The position numbers were made by a program, and so were the translations under genes. A stretch of 64,000 nt of DNA from Thermodesulfovibrionia bacterium (lineage in GTDB: Bacteria; Nitrospirota; Thermodesulfovibrionia; Thermodesulfovibrionales; SM23-35), in contig JBGQLV010000007.1 in assembly GCA_041500225.1 (NCBI GenBank), positions 2,015 to 66,014 of the forward strand. The letters are read 5' to 3'. This document shows, in pieces, positions 46,333 through 56,337 of this stretch. Each line of letters starts with the position of its first letter. Position 1 is the stretch's first letter. The notes beneath the pieces were generated by a model that worked only from the letters and a program-made list of their open reading frames with translations, was not told where the DNA came from and did no database searches.

Positions 46333-47445
46333 TTAAGCTTCATTGGATACTCCCGCCTCACTGAATGTAGCCATCTCTTTATAAATCTTAAGCCCTGCTT
46401 CTATAATAAGCATTGCGAGGGCAGCACCTGTGCCTTCACCGAGTCTTAAGTTAAGGTCGAGAATAGGTTGTAAACCCATTTTATCGAGCATTGCTTTATG
46501 TCCGACTTCAACAGAGTTATGTGCTGCAAACATATAGTCTTTTATTTTTGGCTCAAGACAATAAGCTATCAAAGCACCTGCAGTTGAGATAAAACCATCA
46601 ATAACAACAGGTATCTGATTTGCTGTTGTACCGATAATCAACCCGGCAATACCGCCGATCTCAGTACCTCCGACCTTTGAAAGAACATCGATAGGGTCTG
46701 AGGGGTCGGGTTTGTTTATAGCAATTGCATCCTCAATTACCTTAATCTTGTTTCTTAATGCATCACCACTAATTCCAGTTCCTCTGCCTGTTACCTCTGA
46801 TACAGTTTTTCCAGTCAAAACTGCTGCTATTGCAGATGATGGCGTAGTGTTTGCAATCCCCATCTCTCCAGCACCCAAAATTTTATAGCCTTTCTGTACA
46901 TATTCTTTTGCAAGTTCAATCCCAACATCAATGCATCTTATTGCCTCCTGCCTGGTCATGGCAGGTCCATATCGCATATTCTTCGTCCCCATAATGACCT
47001 TCTTTGAAATAAAATCTGTAAGGGGACTGTCCCAAGATTTACGGGCGAAGCGAAGCGAAGCCGTAGAATCGGGACTGTCTCCCTCTTTCGTAAAATCAAA
47101 ATCAACTCCTATGTCAATCACAACAACATCAGCTCCTGCATGATGTGCAAGTACATTTATTCCGGCTCCGCCATTTAAGAAATTGAATACCATCTGTTTT
47201 GTTACTTCTTTTGGAAAGGCTGAAACGCCTTCTTCTGAGACTCCGTGGTCACCTGCAAAAATGAAAATGACTTTTTTATCAAGCACAGGCATAGTGTTTT
47301 CTGTGATTGCTACAATCTTTTTTGCAAATTCCTCAAGCCTTCCGAGGCTTCCCTGCGGTTTTGTTAGATTATCGAGGCGTTTCTGCGCCTTCTCAGCAAA
47401 CTCAATCTTAACAGGGGCTATCTTTTTAAGTATCTCCTGCATCAT
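46333..47445 (-). CDS. cobT: Nicotinate-nucleotide-DMB phosphoribosyltransferase
   Basis: [39 protein letters not shown]. Confidence 0.96.
   Translation of the reverse strand: MMQEILKKIAPVKIEFAEKAQKRLDNLTKPQGSLGRLEEFAKKIVAITENTMPVLDKKVIFIFAGDHGVSEEGVSAFPKEVTKQMVFNFLNGGAGINVLAHHAGADVVVIDIGVDFDFTKEGDSPDSTASLRFARKSWDSPLTDFISKKVIMGTKNMRYGPAMTRQEAIRCIDVGIELAKEYVQKGYKILGAGEMGIANTTPSSAIAAVLTGKTVSEVTGRGTGISGDALRNKIKVIEDAIAINKPDPSDPIDVLSKVGGTEIGGIAGLIIGTTANQIPVVIDGFISTAGALIAYCLEPKIKDYMFAAHNSVEVGHKAMLDKMGLQPILDLNLRLGEGTGAALAMLIIEAGLKIYKEMATFSEAGVSNEA
47021..47084. repeat. GGGACTGTCC-ended palindromic element inserted in frame in cobT
   Basis: aggggactgtcccaagatttacgg...ccgtagaatcgggactgtctccct encodes [21 protein letters not shown]. 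Confidence 0.78.
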
Positions 47446-47965
47446 GTTTCTCCTTTATCTTTACCGGTATGCCTGCCACTACCATATAGACCTCATCCGA
47501 TGTCGACGCAATCTTCTGATTTAAGAGTCCTGCCATGTCTCTGAATTTTCGTGAGAGTTCATTATCCGGGACTATTCCCATACCCACTTCATTCGAGACG
47601 ATAAACAGTGGACAGTGAACAGTGGACAGTGAACAGCAAAATGATTCAATCTCCCTTTCGATCTTTTTATTATTCATAAAAAGATTAGAAAGCCAGAGAG
47701 TAAGGCAGTCTATTAAGATTACGCTGTATTTGCCTTCTATCTCTTTAATCACCTCAGCAATCTTTAATGGTTCTTCATAAGTAACCCAGTCATTACCTCT
47801 CTGACGTTTATGATTTTCTATCCTTTGCCGCATCTCTTCATCGAGTGCTTCAGCAGTGGCAATATATGCCTTTTTGCCATTAATCTTAGATGCCTCAGCC
47901 ATTGCGAATGAACTCTTTCCGCTTCTTGCACCGCCAGTGATAAAGACTATCTTTTTATTAAACAA
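47426..47965 (-). CDS. cobU: Adenosylcobinamide kinase / cobinamide-phosphate guanylyltransferase
   Basis: [16 protein letters not shown]...[20 protein letters not shown]. Confidence 0.96.
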   Translation of the reverse strand: MFNKKIVFITGGARSGKSSFAMAEASKINGKKAYIATAEALDEEMRQRIENHKRQRGNDWVTYEEPLKIAEVIKEIEGKYSVILIDCLTLWLSNLFMNNKKIEREIESFCCSLSTVHCPLFIVSNEVGMGIVPDNELSRKFRDMAGLLNQKIASTSDEVYMVVAGIPVKIKEKHDAGDT

Positions 47966-48795
47966 TCTGCTATCTCCTCAATGCCTTTGATAACCCTCGG
48001 TCCGAGTCTGTAAAGGCTATCACTTACATAAAAGACAGAACCATTTTTAACTGCCGGTACTATTGCTAATCTTTTCAGAAGTCCTTTTGAAACCTCTTTC
48101 ATGCTTACATGACCCCTGCCAATAAAAATTACATCTGGGGACTGACGGATGATCTCCTCTATAGAGTATTTTGGATATGAGGCTTTTGCTTTTGAAGCTA
48201 TATTTTCATAGCCAAGAACAGTAATTGCATCGTCTATAGCAGTGCCGGGTCCTGCAACTATTAATGGTTCAGGCCAGACTATAAATAGGATCTTCCTGAG
48301 TTTTGTGTTTTTACCAACTGCTAATTTGTTAATTTTGACTTCTATCTCTTTTGCAAGCTCATCTGCCTTATTTTTTACACCGAGGGGAGTACCTAAATCT
48401 CTTATCCCACCAGGCAGCTCAAGCAACCTCCGTGCTTTAAACACGTATGTTCTAATTTTTAGTGAATGTAATCTCTCTTCAAACTCCTTTGGATTGCCGT
48501 CAGTGGTCATAACTACAATATCGGGCTTTAATGAGACAACTGCCTCTAATGACGGATTTGACATTCCACCTATCTTCTGTTTCTTTTTTGCCTCCTCAGG
48601 ATAGTCACAGAAATTTGTGATGCCGACAATCCTGTCACCGAGTCCCATTGCAAAAAGGATTTCTGTAATATTTGGTGCGAGGGAGATAATTCGCTTTGGT
48701 GGCTCAGCATAAACGGCAGTGATGAGTGACAAGTGAAAAGTGATAAGAAAAATAAAACAGAAGAGAAATTTTGAAAACTGGAAACTTGATTTCAT
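47947..48795 (-). CDS. btuF: Cobalamin-binding periplasmic protein
   Basis: RIISLAPNITEIL, VG...CDYP, E.V..L.PD, R.GPR. Confidence 0.9.
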   Translation of the reverse strand: MKSSFQFSKFLFCFIFLITFHLSLITAVYAEPPKRIISLAPNITEILFAMGLGDRIVGITNFCDYPEEAKKKQKIGGMSNPSLEAVVSLKPDIVVMTTDGNPKEFEERLHSLKIRTYVFKARRLLELPGGIRDLGTPLGVKNKADELAKEIEVKINKLAVGKNTKLRKILFIVWPEPLIVAGPGTAIDDAITVLGYENIASKAKASYPKYSIEEIIRQSPDVIFIGRGHVSMKEVSKGLLKRLAIVPAVKNGSVFYVSDSLYRLGPRVIKGIEEIADCLIKR

Positions 48796-48833
48796 CTTTT
48801 CCTCCCTCGAGAAATTTTGATTAAAGAACTTTT

Positions 48834-48992
48834 GGTCTGGACAGGTTTTCCGGCTTAGGGCTACCTACTTACCCGCCTTCCCATCCCGATATATCGGGTC
48901 AGTGGCTTATTCCGGGCTTTCGTTCCCTTCACGGCTGCGGGGCAGCGGAAGAATTACCTTATTGGTTTACTCCTCTTCCCTGACTTCCAGCC
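48834..48992 (-). promoter_or_regulatory. Cobalamin riboswitch (btuF-cobU-cobT-cobS)
   Basis: Same B12 box and CTGCCCCGCAGCCGTGA core as 45047-45193. Confidence 0.9.
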
Positions 48993-49094
48993 AAAATATG
49001 AATACCTCAATGCTAAACTTTAAATTGTTATCTCCTTCCTAAGAAATTCGTCATTTTATATCACATTTCATGTGTCATTTTCAATAATGTTTAT

Positions 49095-49469
49095 TTAAAA
49101 ATTCCCGGTCAATTTATCTACCAGCTTCCCTTCGTATTCAGGAAAGTCCTCGAAGTCCAAGGGTCTCTTGCGTGTCATATTAAGTTTTAAAAGTTTGAAA
49201 TTCAGCTCTCTGAGCTTCTTAATCCTTTCCTTATCATCATCGGTTGTGTTCATCAATGAACACATATTTACCACTTCGTTTCTAAACTCAAGCTCGGGAG
49301 GTATACAGCCGGCATTTTTTAAAATCCTGTAAGCCATTCTCAGGTCTTCAGGAATCCATGTCTCATCCTCAAAATCGATAGGTTTCCCTTTTCCTTCAAG
49401 GTTGTCAAACTCGCCATTCGCTATAGCTTCTATAATTCGCCTTTCAGCAATTCTGTAAAAAAATTCCAT
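49095..49469 (-). CDS. DUF1992 / DnaJ-family-associated domain protein
   Basis: IAERRI.EA...GEFDNL.GKGKP...PEDLRMAYRILKNAG..PPE. Confidence 0.88.
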   Translation of the reverse strand: MEFFYRIAERRIIEAIANGEFDNLEGKGKPIDFEDETWIPEDLRMAYRILKNAGCIPPELEFRNEVVNMCSLMNTTDDDKERIKKLRELNFKLLKLNMTRKRPLDFEDFPEYEGKLVDKLTGNF

Positions 49470-49479
49470 GGCAGTATAT

Positions 49480-50466
49480 TTATCTTACTTCAAGCATTCT
49501 GTCAAGTGCCCTTTTTGCAGTAACCCTTATTTCTTCAGGCACTTTAATAATATATTTGTTTTCTTTCAATGCCCTGACAACACTCTTGAGTGTGGTCTTC
49601 TTCATATTCGGGCATATCATATCTTTTCTTAATGGATAGAATATCTTATCAGGGTTTTCTTTTTTCAATCGATACATAAGGCCTATCTCAGTGCCTACTA
49701 TAAACTCTTTCTCAGAGGATGCCTTTGCAAATCTCAACATCCCGGAGGTGCTCGTTACATGATCTGCCATTTCGAGTACATCAAGCCTGCATTCCGGATG
49801 AGCCATTAAAAGGGCTTTGGGATGTTCTGCCCTTGCCTTTTTTACATCTTCCGGTCTTACTCTTTCATGCACATGGCAAAAGCCGTCCCATGCAATAACC
49901 TGTTTTTTTGTATTCCTCTGTGCCCACATGGATAAGTTTCTGTCAGGTATGCATATCACTTTTTCGTCAGGCAATGATTCAATGACTTTAACAACATTGG
50001 CTGAGGTACAACAGATGTCGCTTTCTGCCTTAACATCAGCTGTTGTATTCACATAAGTCACAACAGGTACACCTGGATACTGTGCCTTTATGTCTTTCAA
50101 CGTAAACTCAGGAGGGTATATGTAAGGAGGCGGGTTATTAAAACCCGGGAAGCTTTTTCTTTCCCGTCTTGGTGAATCTACATGGATCATATCAGCCATC
50201 GGGCATCCGGCATCAATCTCTGTGAGGAGAACAAGCTTATCAGGGGAAAGGATCGAAGCGCTTTCTGCCATGAAATTAACACCTGCAAAGACTATAACAT
50301 CACAATCTATAGCAGATGCGGTCCTTGAGAGTTCAAGCGAATCGCCTACAAAGTCAGCTATTTCTTGAACCTCATCCCTCTGGTAGTTATGGGCAAGTAT
50401 AATTGCGCGCCGCTGATTTTTTAGCTTCAAAATCTCTTCCCGGGGAAGGGCTTCATCAAAAGGCAT
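49480..50466 (-). CDS. nadA: Quinolinate synthase A
   Basis: ILAHNYQ, GDSLEL, AGCPMA, YVN, CCTSAN, CHVH, AHPEC, CPNMK. Confidence 0.96.
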   Translation of the reverse strand: MPFDEALPREEILKLKNQRRAIILAHNYQRDEVQEIADFVGDSLELSRTASAIDCDVIVFAGVNFMAESASILSPDKLVLLTEIDAGCPMADMIHVDSPRRERKSFPGFNNPPPYIYPPEFTLKDIKAQYPGVPVVTYVNTTADVKAESDICCTSANVVKVIESLPDEKVICIPDRNLSMWAQRNTKKQVIAWDGFCHVHERVRPEDVKKARAEHPKALLMAHPECRLDVLEMADHVTSTSGMLRFAKASSEKEFIVGTEIGLMYRLKKENPDKIFYPLRKDMICPNMKKTTLKSVVRALKENKYIIKVPEEIRVTAKRALDRMLEVR

Positions 50467-51183
50467 TTAGAACCTGACAGGATTCTTTAAAAAAAGAGCG
50501 GAATTTGTGAAAAGGACGGTACCGTCCTCTAAGATGATTTTATAAATCGGTTCACGTTTGTTCTCTTTTTTAGCTGAATCATCTCCTGTTAAAGGATGTG
50601 TCGTCTTGCCATTATAAAGTGAGAGGACTTTGCTGACATACTGTTTTGTTTCTGTAATCGGGGGAACTAACCCAAACTTCTCAACAGTCTTTGGGCCTGC
50701 ATTATAAGCAGCAAGTGCAAGGGTCAGATCTCCGTTAAACCGTTCAAGGAGATATTTCAGGTATCTTGTACCACCTTCGATATTCTCTTCAGGGTTAAAC
50801 GGATTACGCACATTCATATCACTTGCTGTTGCGGGCATGAGCTGCATAAGACCCATTGCCCCTTTTCTCGAAACAGCCCTGCTGTTCCAGTTAGACTCTG
50901 TCTTTATAACTGCCTTTATAAGTGAAGGATCTATATTATAGACTGCTGCCTTTTCATGTACTATCCCGTGATAATCTGTGTTACCCTTAGAATCTGTTCG
51001 GGCAGTTTGCTGCTGAACAGGCGTTGTATCTGCCTTTTCTTTAAAAACCCTGTTTGCCTTCTTGCCAAAAGGTGCATCTGTATAGCAGATTATTCCGTTT
51101 TCATCTACATACTTGTAGATATCTGCATAAGCAGCATTAAAAATAAACAGGACAAAACAAAATACTATCAGGATGTATCTCAT
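50467..51183 (-). CDS. Lytic transglycosylase (SLT) with N-terminal DUF4124-like domain
   Basis: ES.....AVS.KGAMGLMQLMP, AAYNAG, ET..YV. Confidence 0.92.
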   Translation of the reverse strand: MRYILIVFCFVLFIFNAAYADIYKYVDENGIICYTDAPFGKKANRVFKEKADTTPVQQQTARTDSKGNTDYHGIVHEKAAVYNIDPSLIKAVIKTESNWNSRAVSRKGAMGLMQLMPATASDMNVRNPFNPEENIEGGTRYLKYLLERFNGDLTLALAAYNAGPKTVEKFGLVPPITETKQYVSKVLSLYNGKTTHPLTGDDSAKKENKREPIYKIILEDGTVLFTNSALFLKNPVRF

Positions 51184-51368
51184 AACAAAATCTTATCATT
51201 AAAGGGTTTGTCTGTCAATATTGAATACATAAGTGATAATTTTTGAAGAGAAGGGAGATATAGGGGATTTATTCTTTTTGAAACTATAGGCTTGAGCGCC
51301 TCAGACGTACCTGTATGCCTAAGGCATATTCGAGGCCCGTTGGGACCGTCAGGAAAATCAGGGAATAT

Positions 51369-52667
51369 TTATCCCTCTTCGATAATTCCTTTTATAAGTC
51401 CCTCTGGTGTTGATTTGATCTTTCTTACAGGAATACCGAGTGCCTCTTCCATATCGTTTAAAGTTATATTATCCAGAAATATGTTTTCTTCATTAAGGAC
51501 TACATCAGGTATAAGTATCATTTCATGACCTTCTATTTTGTCCAATACTGCTTTTATTACATCTCTCCCTGTTAACAGTCCTGCAACAGTTACAGATGCA
51601 CCAAAAAACTTGTTCTCAACACGTACTGTATCAATAATAGTAAGGCTTTCTTTTTCAGAGAGTCTTTCTATAGATTTTTTAAGAAAAGGATAGAATGACG
51701 TGCCGGTAAAGATAAGAATTTTCTTTTTAAGCTGAAATGTCTTGGGAAGTTTAAGTTTTTTTACCTGATTCATAAAAAGTGGTACCATCCCGACTCCATT
51801 TTCTATCTGATGCAGATCTCCATATTCCCTGAGGGTAGGGAATGAACGTTCTGCCTTTAAATATAACTCATCCGCCCCGTATACGACAGGGTTGCCATGT
51901 CTTTTCCTAAACCTCTTCTGAAATGATTCTATGATTTTTATTGCATATTCAGCATCTACCTTTTCAACAGGTCGAATGCCATGTTTTTTGTACATAGTCA
52001 GGCCAACGGGCACAACTGCAATGGACAGGACATAAGGATAAAACCTGTAAAGATCACTGAGCGTCCGCTGCAGTTCTTCGCCATCGTTGCAACCCGGACA
52101 AAGGACAACCTGTAAATTAAACCTTATCTTGTTGTCAGTAAAGAATTTGAGTTCTTTAAGGATGTCCGTAGCCTTTGCATTTCCGAGGAGCCTGTTTCTT
52201 AAAGTCCTGTTTGTTGAATGGACAGAAATATATAGCGGACTTAACCTCTGCTCAATAATACGTCTTCTGTCTTCTTTGGTCATATTTGAGAGGGTGATAT
52301 AATTTCCATAAAGGAAGGACATCCTGTAGTCTTCGTCTTTTATGTAGAGTGTTTTCCTTAGACCTTTTGGAAGCTGTTTGACGAAACAGAAGATACAATT
52401 GTTTTTGCACGTCATGATTTTAAAAGGTTTAAAATCTATACCAAATTCCTTACAATCCTTCCGGGATACAAGGATGTTAATATTTTTCCCACCCCGTTTT
52501 ATTTCTATCTTGAGGTTATCCTCGCTGGAGTAAAATATGAAGTCAATAGGGTCACGAAGTTTATGTGAATTTACAGAGAGAAGTATGTCGTCGGGAAGAA
52601 AACCTGATTTTTCGGCCAGACTACCGGGATAAATATTATCTATCTTTATGCCATGTTCAGCCTGCAT
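51369..52667 (-). CDS. PDZ / DUF512 Fe-S (radical SAM-like) protein
   Basis: N-terminal PDZ; CKNNCIFCF; KDEDYRMSFLYGNYITL; QIENGVG. Confidence 0.88.
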   Translation of the reverse strand: MQAEHGIKIDNIYPGSLAEKSGFLPDDILLSVNSHKLRDPIDFIFYSSEDNLKIEIKRGGKNINILVSRKDCKEFGIDFKPFKIMTCKNNCIFCFVKQLPKGLRKTLYIKDEDYRMSFLYGNYITLSNMTKEDRRRIIEQRLSPLYISVHSTNRTLRNRLLGNAKATDILKELKFFTDNKIRFNLQVVLCPGCNDGEELQRTLSDLYRFYPYVLSIAVVPVGLTMYKKHGIRPVEKVDAEYAIKIIESFQKRFRKRHGNPVVYGADELYLKAERSFPTLREYGDLHQIENGVGMVPLFMNQVKKLKLPKTFQLKKKILIFTGTSFYPFLKKSIERLSEKESLTIIDTVRVENKFFGASVTVAGLLTGRDVIKAVLDKIEGHEMILIPDVVLNEENIFLDNITLNDMEEALGIPVRKIKSTPEGLIKGIIEEG

Positions 52668-53196
52668 GTGTTAGTTTTAATCCTCTGTAAATATAGTGAA
52701 GTCCGGAGAGTATTGTAATGCCTGCAGTTATCCATAGAAGAAGACTTGGCAAGTCAGGCAGTAAAGGCAGATTAATATGGATAAGGACATAAGCGATGAG
52801 TATACTTTGCATCAATATTGTAACTTTGCCAAGCATTGACGGTTCGACTATTGATCTGCCGGAAATAAGATAAAGGAGAAACCAGCCTATAATGATGATG
52901 ATGTCCCTGCTTATAACCGTTATTGTAAGCCATTTGGGTGTCCAGCCGTAGATGGACAATATAATAAATGCGGTAACAAGCAGAAATTTATCTGCCAGTG
53001 GGTCGAGGAATGTGCCCAGTGCGGTCTTCTGGTTTTTAAGACGTGCAAAGAGACCATCAAATATATCTGTGAGTGCTGCGAATATAAACAGATAGAGGGA
53101 ATAGTCATAGCGTTTGTATATTATTGAGGTTATAAATACAGGGATGATAACTATCCTGGTTATTGTTAATGTGTTGGGTATGTTCAATACCCCCAC
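52657..53196 (-). CDS. CDP-alcohol phosphatidyltransferase (PgsA-like)
   Basis: NIPN.LT..R; D..DG..AR...Q.T.LG..LDPLADK. Confidence 0.92.
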   Translation of the reverse strand: MGVLNIPNTLTITRIVIIPVFITSIIYKRYDYSLYLFIFAALTDIFDGLFARLKNQKTALGTFLDPLADKFLLVTAFIILSIYGWTPKWLTITVISRDIIIIIGWFLLYLISGRSIVEPSMLGKVTILMQSILIAYVLIHINLPLLPDLPSLLLWITAGITILSGLHYIYRGLKLTHAG

Positions 53197-53286
53197 GGTA
53201 ATGCCTCCACTTTAAGACAGTTGCAAGTTACATTTACATGTTTCTTGATCTTGTTACTTGCTAACCACCACTTGGTTTTTTTTAAA

Positions 53287-54363
53287 TTATGGGATATTAA
53301 AAGGTAATCCTTGAAACCTGAGTTTCAAACCAAGTCTATTATAACATCCGTTATCTATTTTTCCATTCATAAAGGATATTAATGTTGTTGTATGACACTT
53401 CTCGACAGCGAAACTATTTTTCGTTGACCCATATAAGGATGCTAAGAAATGCCTTCTTGCAGCGGCCTTCCTGCCTTTTAGTAGGGCGATTTCTCCAAGT
53501 CCAAGCCTGCAGTAAACTGTACCTCTCGGATCTTTTGTTTTTTTAAAGAGCAGCATTGCCTTGATAAAGTTATTACGTGCATTGTTTAATTTCCCCGTCA
53601 TCTTATAAGTTGTCCCGAGACTCCATAGAGTATAAGAATAGCTTACCTTGTCACCAATCCTTTTATATAGTCTGATCGCCTTTCTGAAATTAGCAAGGGC
53701 ACGTTTATAATCCTTTATCATCCTGTAAGCATTTCCTGTACCACAATAGGAATAAGCCCTTCCAAATATATCTTTGATATCGGAAAATAATCTGTGTGCA
53801 GAGGTATAGTACTTGAGGGAATCTCTAAATTGTCCTGCAATACGGGATGTACCGCCGAGACCACACAGGCAGTAACCGATACCATGGACGTCTTTAAGAG
53901 ATTTAAATATTTTATAGGATTCCCTGAACATTTTGATTGCGCCTATGATGTTTCCCTTTATCCTTAAGGCTCCCGCCTCTGCCCATAGCGTAAAGGCAAG
54001 TCCCTGGCTATCGCCTTTTCTCTGGTACACCCGCCTTGATTCACGGATAAGTTTTATTGCTTCCTTCCATTTACCCAGTGCCCTTAATGAAAGACCCAAC
54101 CCAACCTTTGCATCAGCAGCCTTAATCGAATCCTTTATTTTCTTAGCAAGCCCGATTGCATTTGCATAGCTTTTTGCAGCAAGGTCAAAATTGCCCACCA
54201 TTCTGTAAGTATCGCCCAGAGAAAGCATACAGTGAAACATTCTGTCCATGTCACATATTTTGGTGTATCCCTGCAATGCCTTTTTGAACAGTCTGAGAGA
54301 TTGTGGGTAAAAAGACTTTTCTCTTAGCTTTTCTGCATTGTAAAGAATATTATCTATTTCCAA
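53287..54363 (-). CDS. Tetratricopeptide repeat protein
   Basis: Regular 40-aa TPR-like repeats (LG..Y...G.F..A...Y). Confidence 0.85.
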   Translation of the reverse strand: MEIDNILYNAEKLREKSFYPQSLRLFKKALQGYTKICDMDRMFHCMLSLGDTYRMVGNFDLAAKSYANAIGLAKKIKDSIKAADAKVGLGLSLRALGKWKEAIKLIRESRRVYQRKGDSQGLAFTLWAEAGALRIKGNIIGAIKMFRESYKIFKSLKDVHGIGYCLCGLGGTSRIAGQFRDSLKYYTSAHRLFSDIKDIFGRAYSYCGTGNAYRMIKDYKRALANFRKAIRLYKRIGDKVSYSYTLWSLGTTYKMTGKLNNARNNFIKAMLLFKKTKDPRGTVYCRLGLGEIALLKGRKAAARRHFLASLYGSTKNSFAVEKCHTTTLISFMNGKIDNGCYNRLGLKLRFQGLPFNIP

Positions 54364-55009
54364 CGATTTCTCTAAATTGTTTAATGGTCGTTCCGTAGTT
54401 TTTAGAATTAAAAAAGGCAGAACCCATCACAAGGATGTCTGCGCCGGCAGATATAATGTCTGCTGCATTCTCGAGTTTTATCCCACCATCTACCTCAATA
54501 AGAGTTGGGAACCCTTTCTCCCTGAGGAGGTTTTTTAAAGTCTTTATCTTGTCGATGATTTGTGGAATAAAGTCCTGTCCGCCAAAACCCGGATTTACAG
54601 ACATCAGGAGAGCAATATCAGCATCCGGTAGTATGTGTTCCAGGCTCCATATAGGTGTTGCAGGATTAAGCGAAACGCCGGCCTTTATTCCGCTTTCCTT
54701 TATGCGTTGAATTGTCCTGTGCAGGTGCACAGAAGCCTCATAATGGACTGTCAGGTAATCCGCGCCTGCTTTTATGAAATCCCTTAGATATTTGTCTGGT
54801 TCCTCGATCATCAGATGGACATCGAGTGGTAAAGGGGTAATCTTACGGATAGATTTTACTATAGATGAACCTATGGTTATGTTAGGGACAAAATGACCGT
54901 CCATAATATCAATGTGGAGCATGTCAGCCCCTGCTGCTTCAGCTGCTTTTATCTCTTCCCCGAGTTTCAGAAAATCGGCAGAAAGTATTGAAGGTGCTAT
55001 CTTGATCAT
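54350..55009 (-). CDS. rpe: Ribulose-phosphate 3-epimerase
   Basis: APSILSADF, HIDIMDGHFVPN, MSVNPGFGGQ, EVDGG. Confidence 0.98.
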   Translation of the reverse strand: MIKIAPSILSADFLKLGEEIKAAEAAGADMLHIDIMDGHFVPNITIGSSIVKSIRKITPLPLDVHLMIEEPDKYLRDFIKAGADYLTVHYEASVHLHRTIQRIKESGIKAGVSLNPATPIWSLEHILPDADIALLMSVNPGFGGQDFIPQIIDKIKTLKNLLREKGFPTLIEVDGGIKLENAADIISAGADILVMGSAFFNSKNYGTTIKQFREIVGNR

Positions 55010-55045
55010 ATTTCCCCCGGAAATCCAAAATCTATAATTAAATAT

Positions 55046-55777
55046 TCAGAACAGCTTCAAATAAATTGTATCTCCAGCCTTTACCCGCCTACCAGGTTCC
55101 GGTTTTTGTGTCTCTATTTCTTCTCCTGAGCCTTCAGTCTCTATTTTAAGATTCAGCTTTTTTATGATGTCTTTTGCTTGTTCAAAAGACATCCCTTTAA
55201 AATCAGGGCAGTGATAGATTACATCATAAGGGCCGAGACTGACAAGTACTGTGATATGATCACTCACCTCCTCATCAGGTCCGGGTTTTTGAGCTACAAT
55301 TTTGTCCTTTTCGACTGTATCTGAATGTACCATTATTACCTTTGCTATCTTCAATCCTTTCTGAAGCAGCATAGGTTCAGCATTTAATAGTGTTTCGTTT
55401 ACGAGCATCGGAACTGACTTTACCCTTGGTCCTTTGCTGATGACGACCTTTATGCCCCTTCGTTCTTTTACTTTATTTCCTGCCGGGACATCCTGTCTGA
55501 GTATGTTTCCTGGTGGGACGGCAGGATCATAATCTTCACCTTCAATCTTGAGATAGAGTCCATTCCTTGTGAGCAGCTTGTTTGATTCTAAAGGGCTTTT
55601 TCCGTAAAGATTAGGTACCTCGACTGTCCGGCTGAAACTCAGGACCTTGAAAGTAAGATAACCGAAGATAAGGCCGAGGAATATGAATGCAAGAATATAA
55701 AAAGGAAACTTTATTAAATTACTTGTTTCTTTATGCAAAATTTTACTCGGAAGAAATTTTTCTCTTATCTTATTCAT
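55046..55777 (-). CDS. PASTA domain protein
   Basis: TM followed by three VP.L.G...Q.P..G repeats. Confidence 0.88.
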   Translation of the reverse strand: MNKIREKFLPSKILHKETSNLIKFPFYILAFIFLGLIFGYLTFKVLSFSRTVEVPNLYGKSPLESNKLLTRNGLYLKIEGEDYDPAVPPGNILRQDVPAGNKVKERRGIKVVISKGPRVKSVPMLVNETLLNAEPMLLQKGLKIAKVIMVHSDTVEKDKIVAQKPGPDEEVSDHITVLVSLGPYDVIYHCPDFKGMSFEQAKDIIKKLNLKIETEGSGEEIETQKPEPGRRVKAGDTIYLKLF

Positions 55778-55800
55778 TTTCTATGTATCTCAAAAAAACT

Positions 55801-56337
55801 TTAATTATAAGGAACCTTACCAAAAAACTCTATTGCCTCTTTGACTTTTGCTAAATCAACTTTGGTATTAAGGCATGGTCCGAAAGGCCGTTCGTTTGTT
55901 ATTCCCAATATCGGAAGTGGATACGTATCAACTATTCCGCTACTCAGGTCGTTTTCGCATGCAACGGCAACTACTGCTTCTGGTTTTATATCATTTATAA
56001 TTCTCCTTGCAAGGGAACCTCCTGTTGCAACAAAAAGTTGTAAATGATTTTCATCAGCAATCTGAATCAGGTCTTTTATCTCACATCTGCCGCATCCTTC
56101 ACAATTATAGATGTTATATGTAAGCCTGATGGCGCATTTGTCTATCTGGAGGCAGTGCGGTAATAGAAGCAATATCTTTTTTGTCTTAGGCCTTTCTCTT
56201 TTAACAAGTTTATTATTAAAGTTAATGATAAACTTCTGATAAGCCTCTTTTTTATTTTTCATGAAAGAGCCGGCGAGCATAAGGAGCGGGTATAAAATTT
56301 TAAGAGTAAACCCTCTAACCCATCTACGACTCATCAA
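55801..56337 (-). CDS. DUF116 family protein
   Basis: LLLPHCL, C..CG.C, ATGGSLA, AVAC..DL..G, GPC.NT. Confidence 0.88.
   Translation of the reverse strand: MMSRRWVRGFTLKILYPLLMLAGSFMKNKKEAYQKFIINFNNKLVKRERPKTKKILLLLPHCLQIDKCAIRLTYNIYNCEGCGRCEIKDLIQIADENHLQLFVATGGSLARRIINDIKPEAVVAVACENDLSSGIVDTYPLPILGITNERPFGPCLNTKVDLAKVKEAIEFFGKVPYN

Noticed and set aside
46128-46361. 77-aa ORF between cobT and cobS
   Set aside because: Entirely repeat-derived sequence
51292-51365. GC-richer intergenic patch with a small palindrome (tatgcctaaggcata)
   Set aside because: Single copy in the window; cannot support an ncRNA or repeat call
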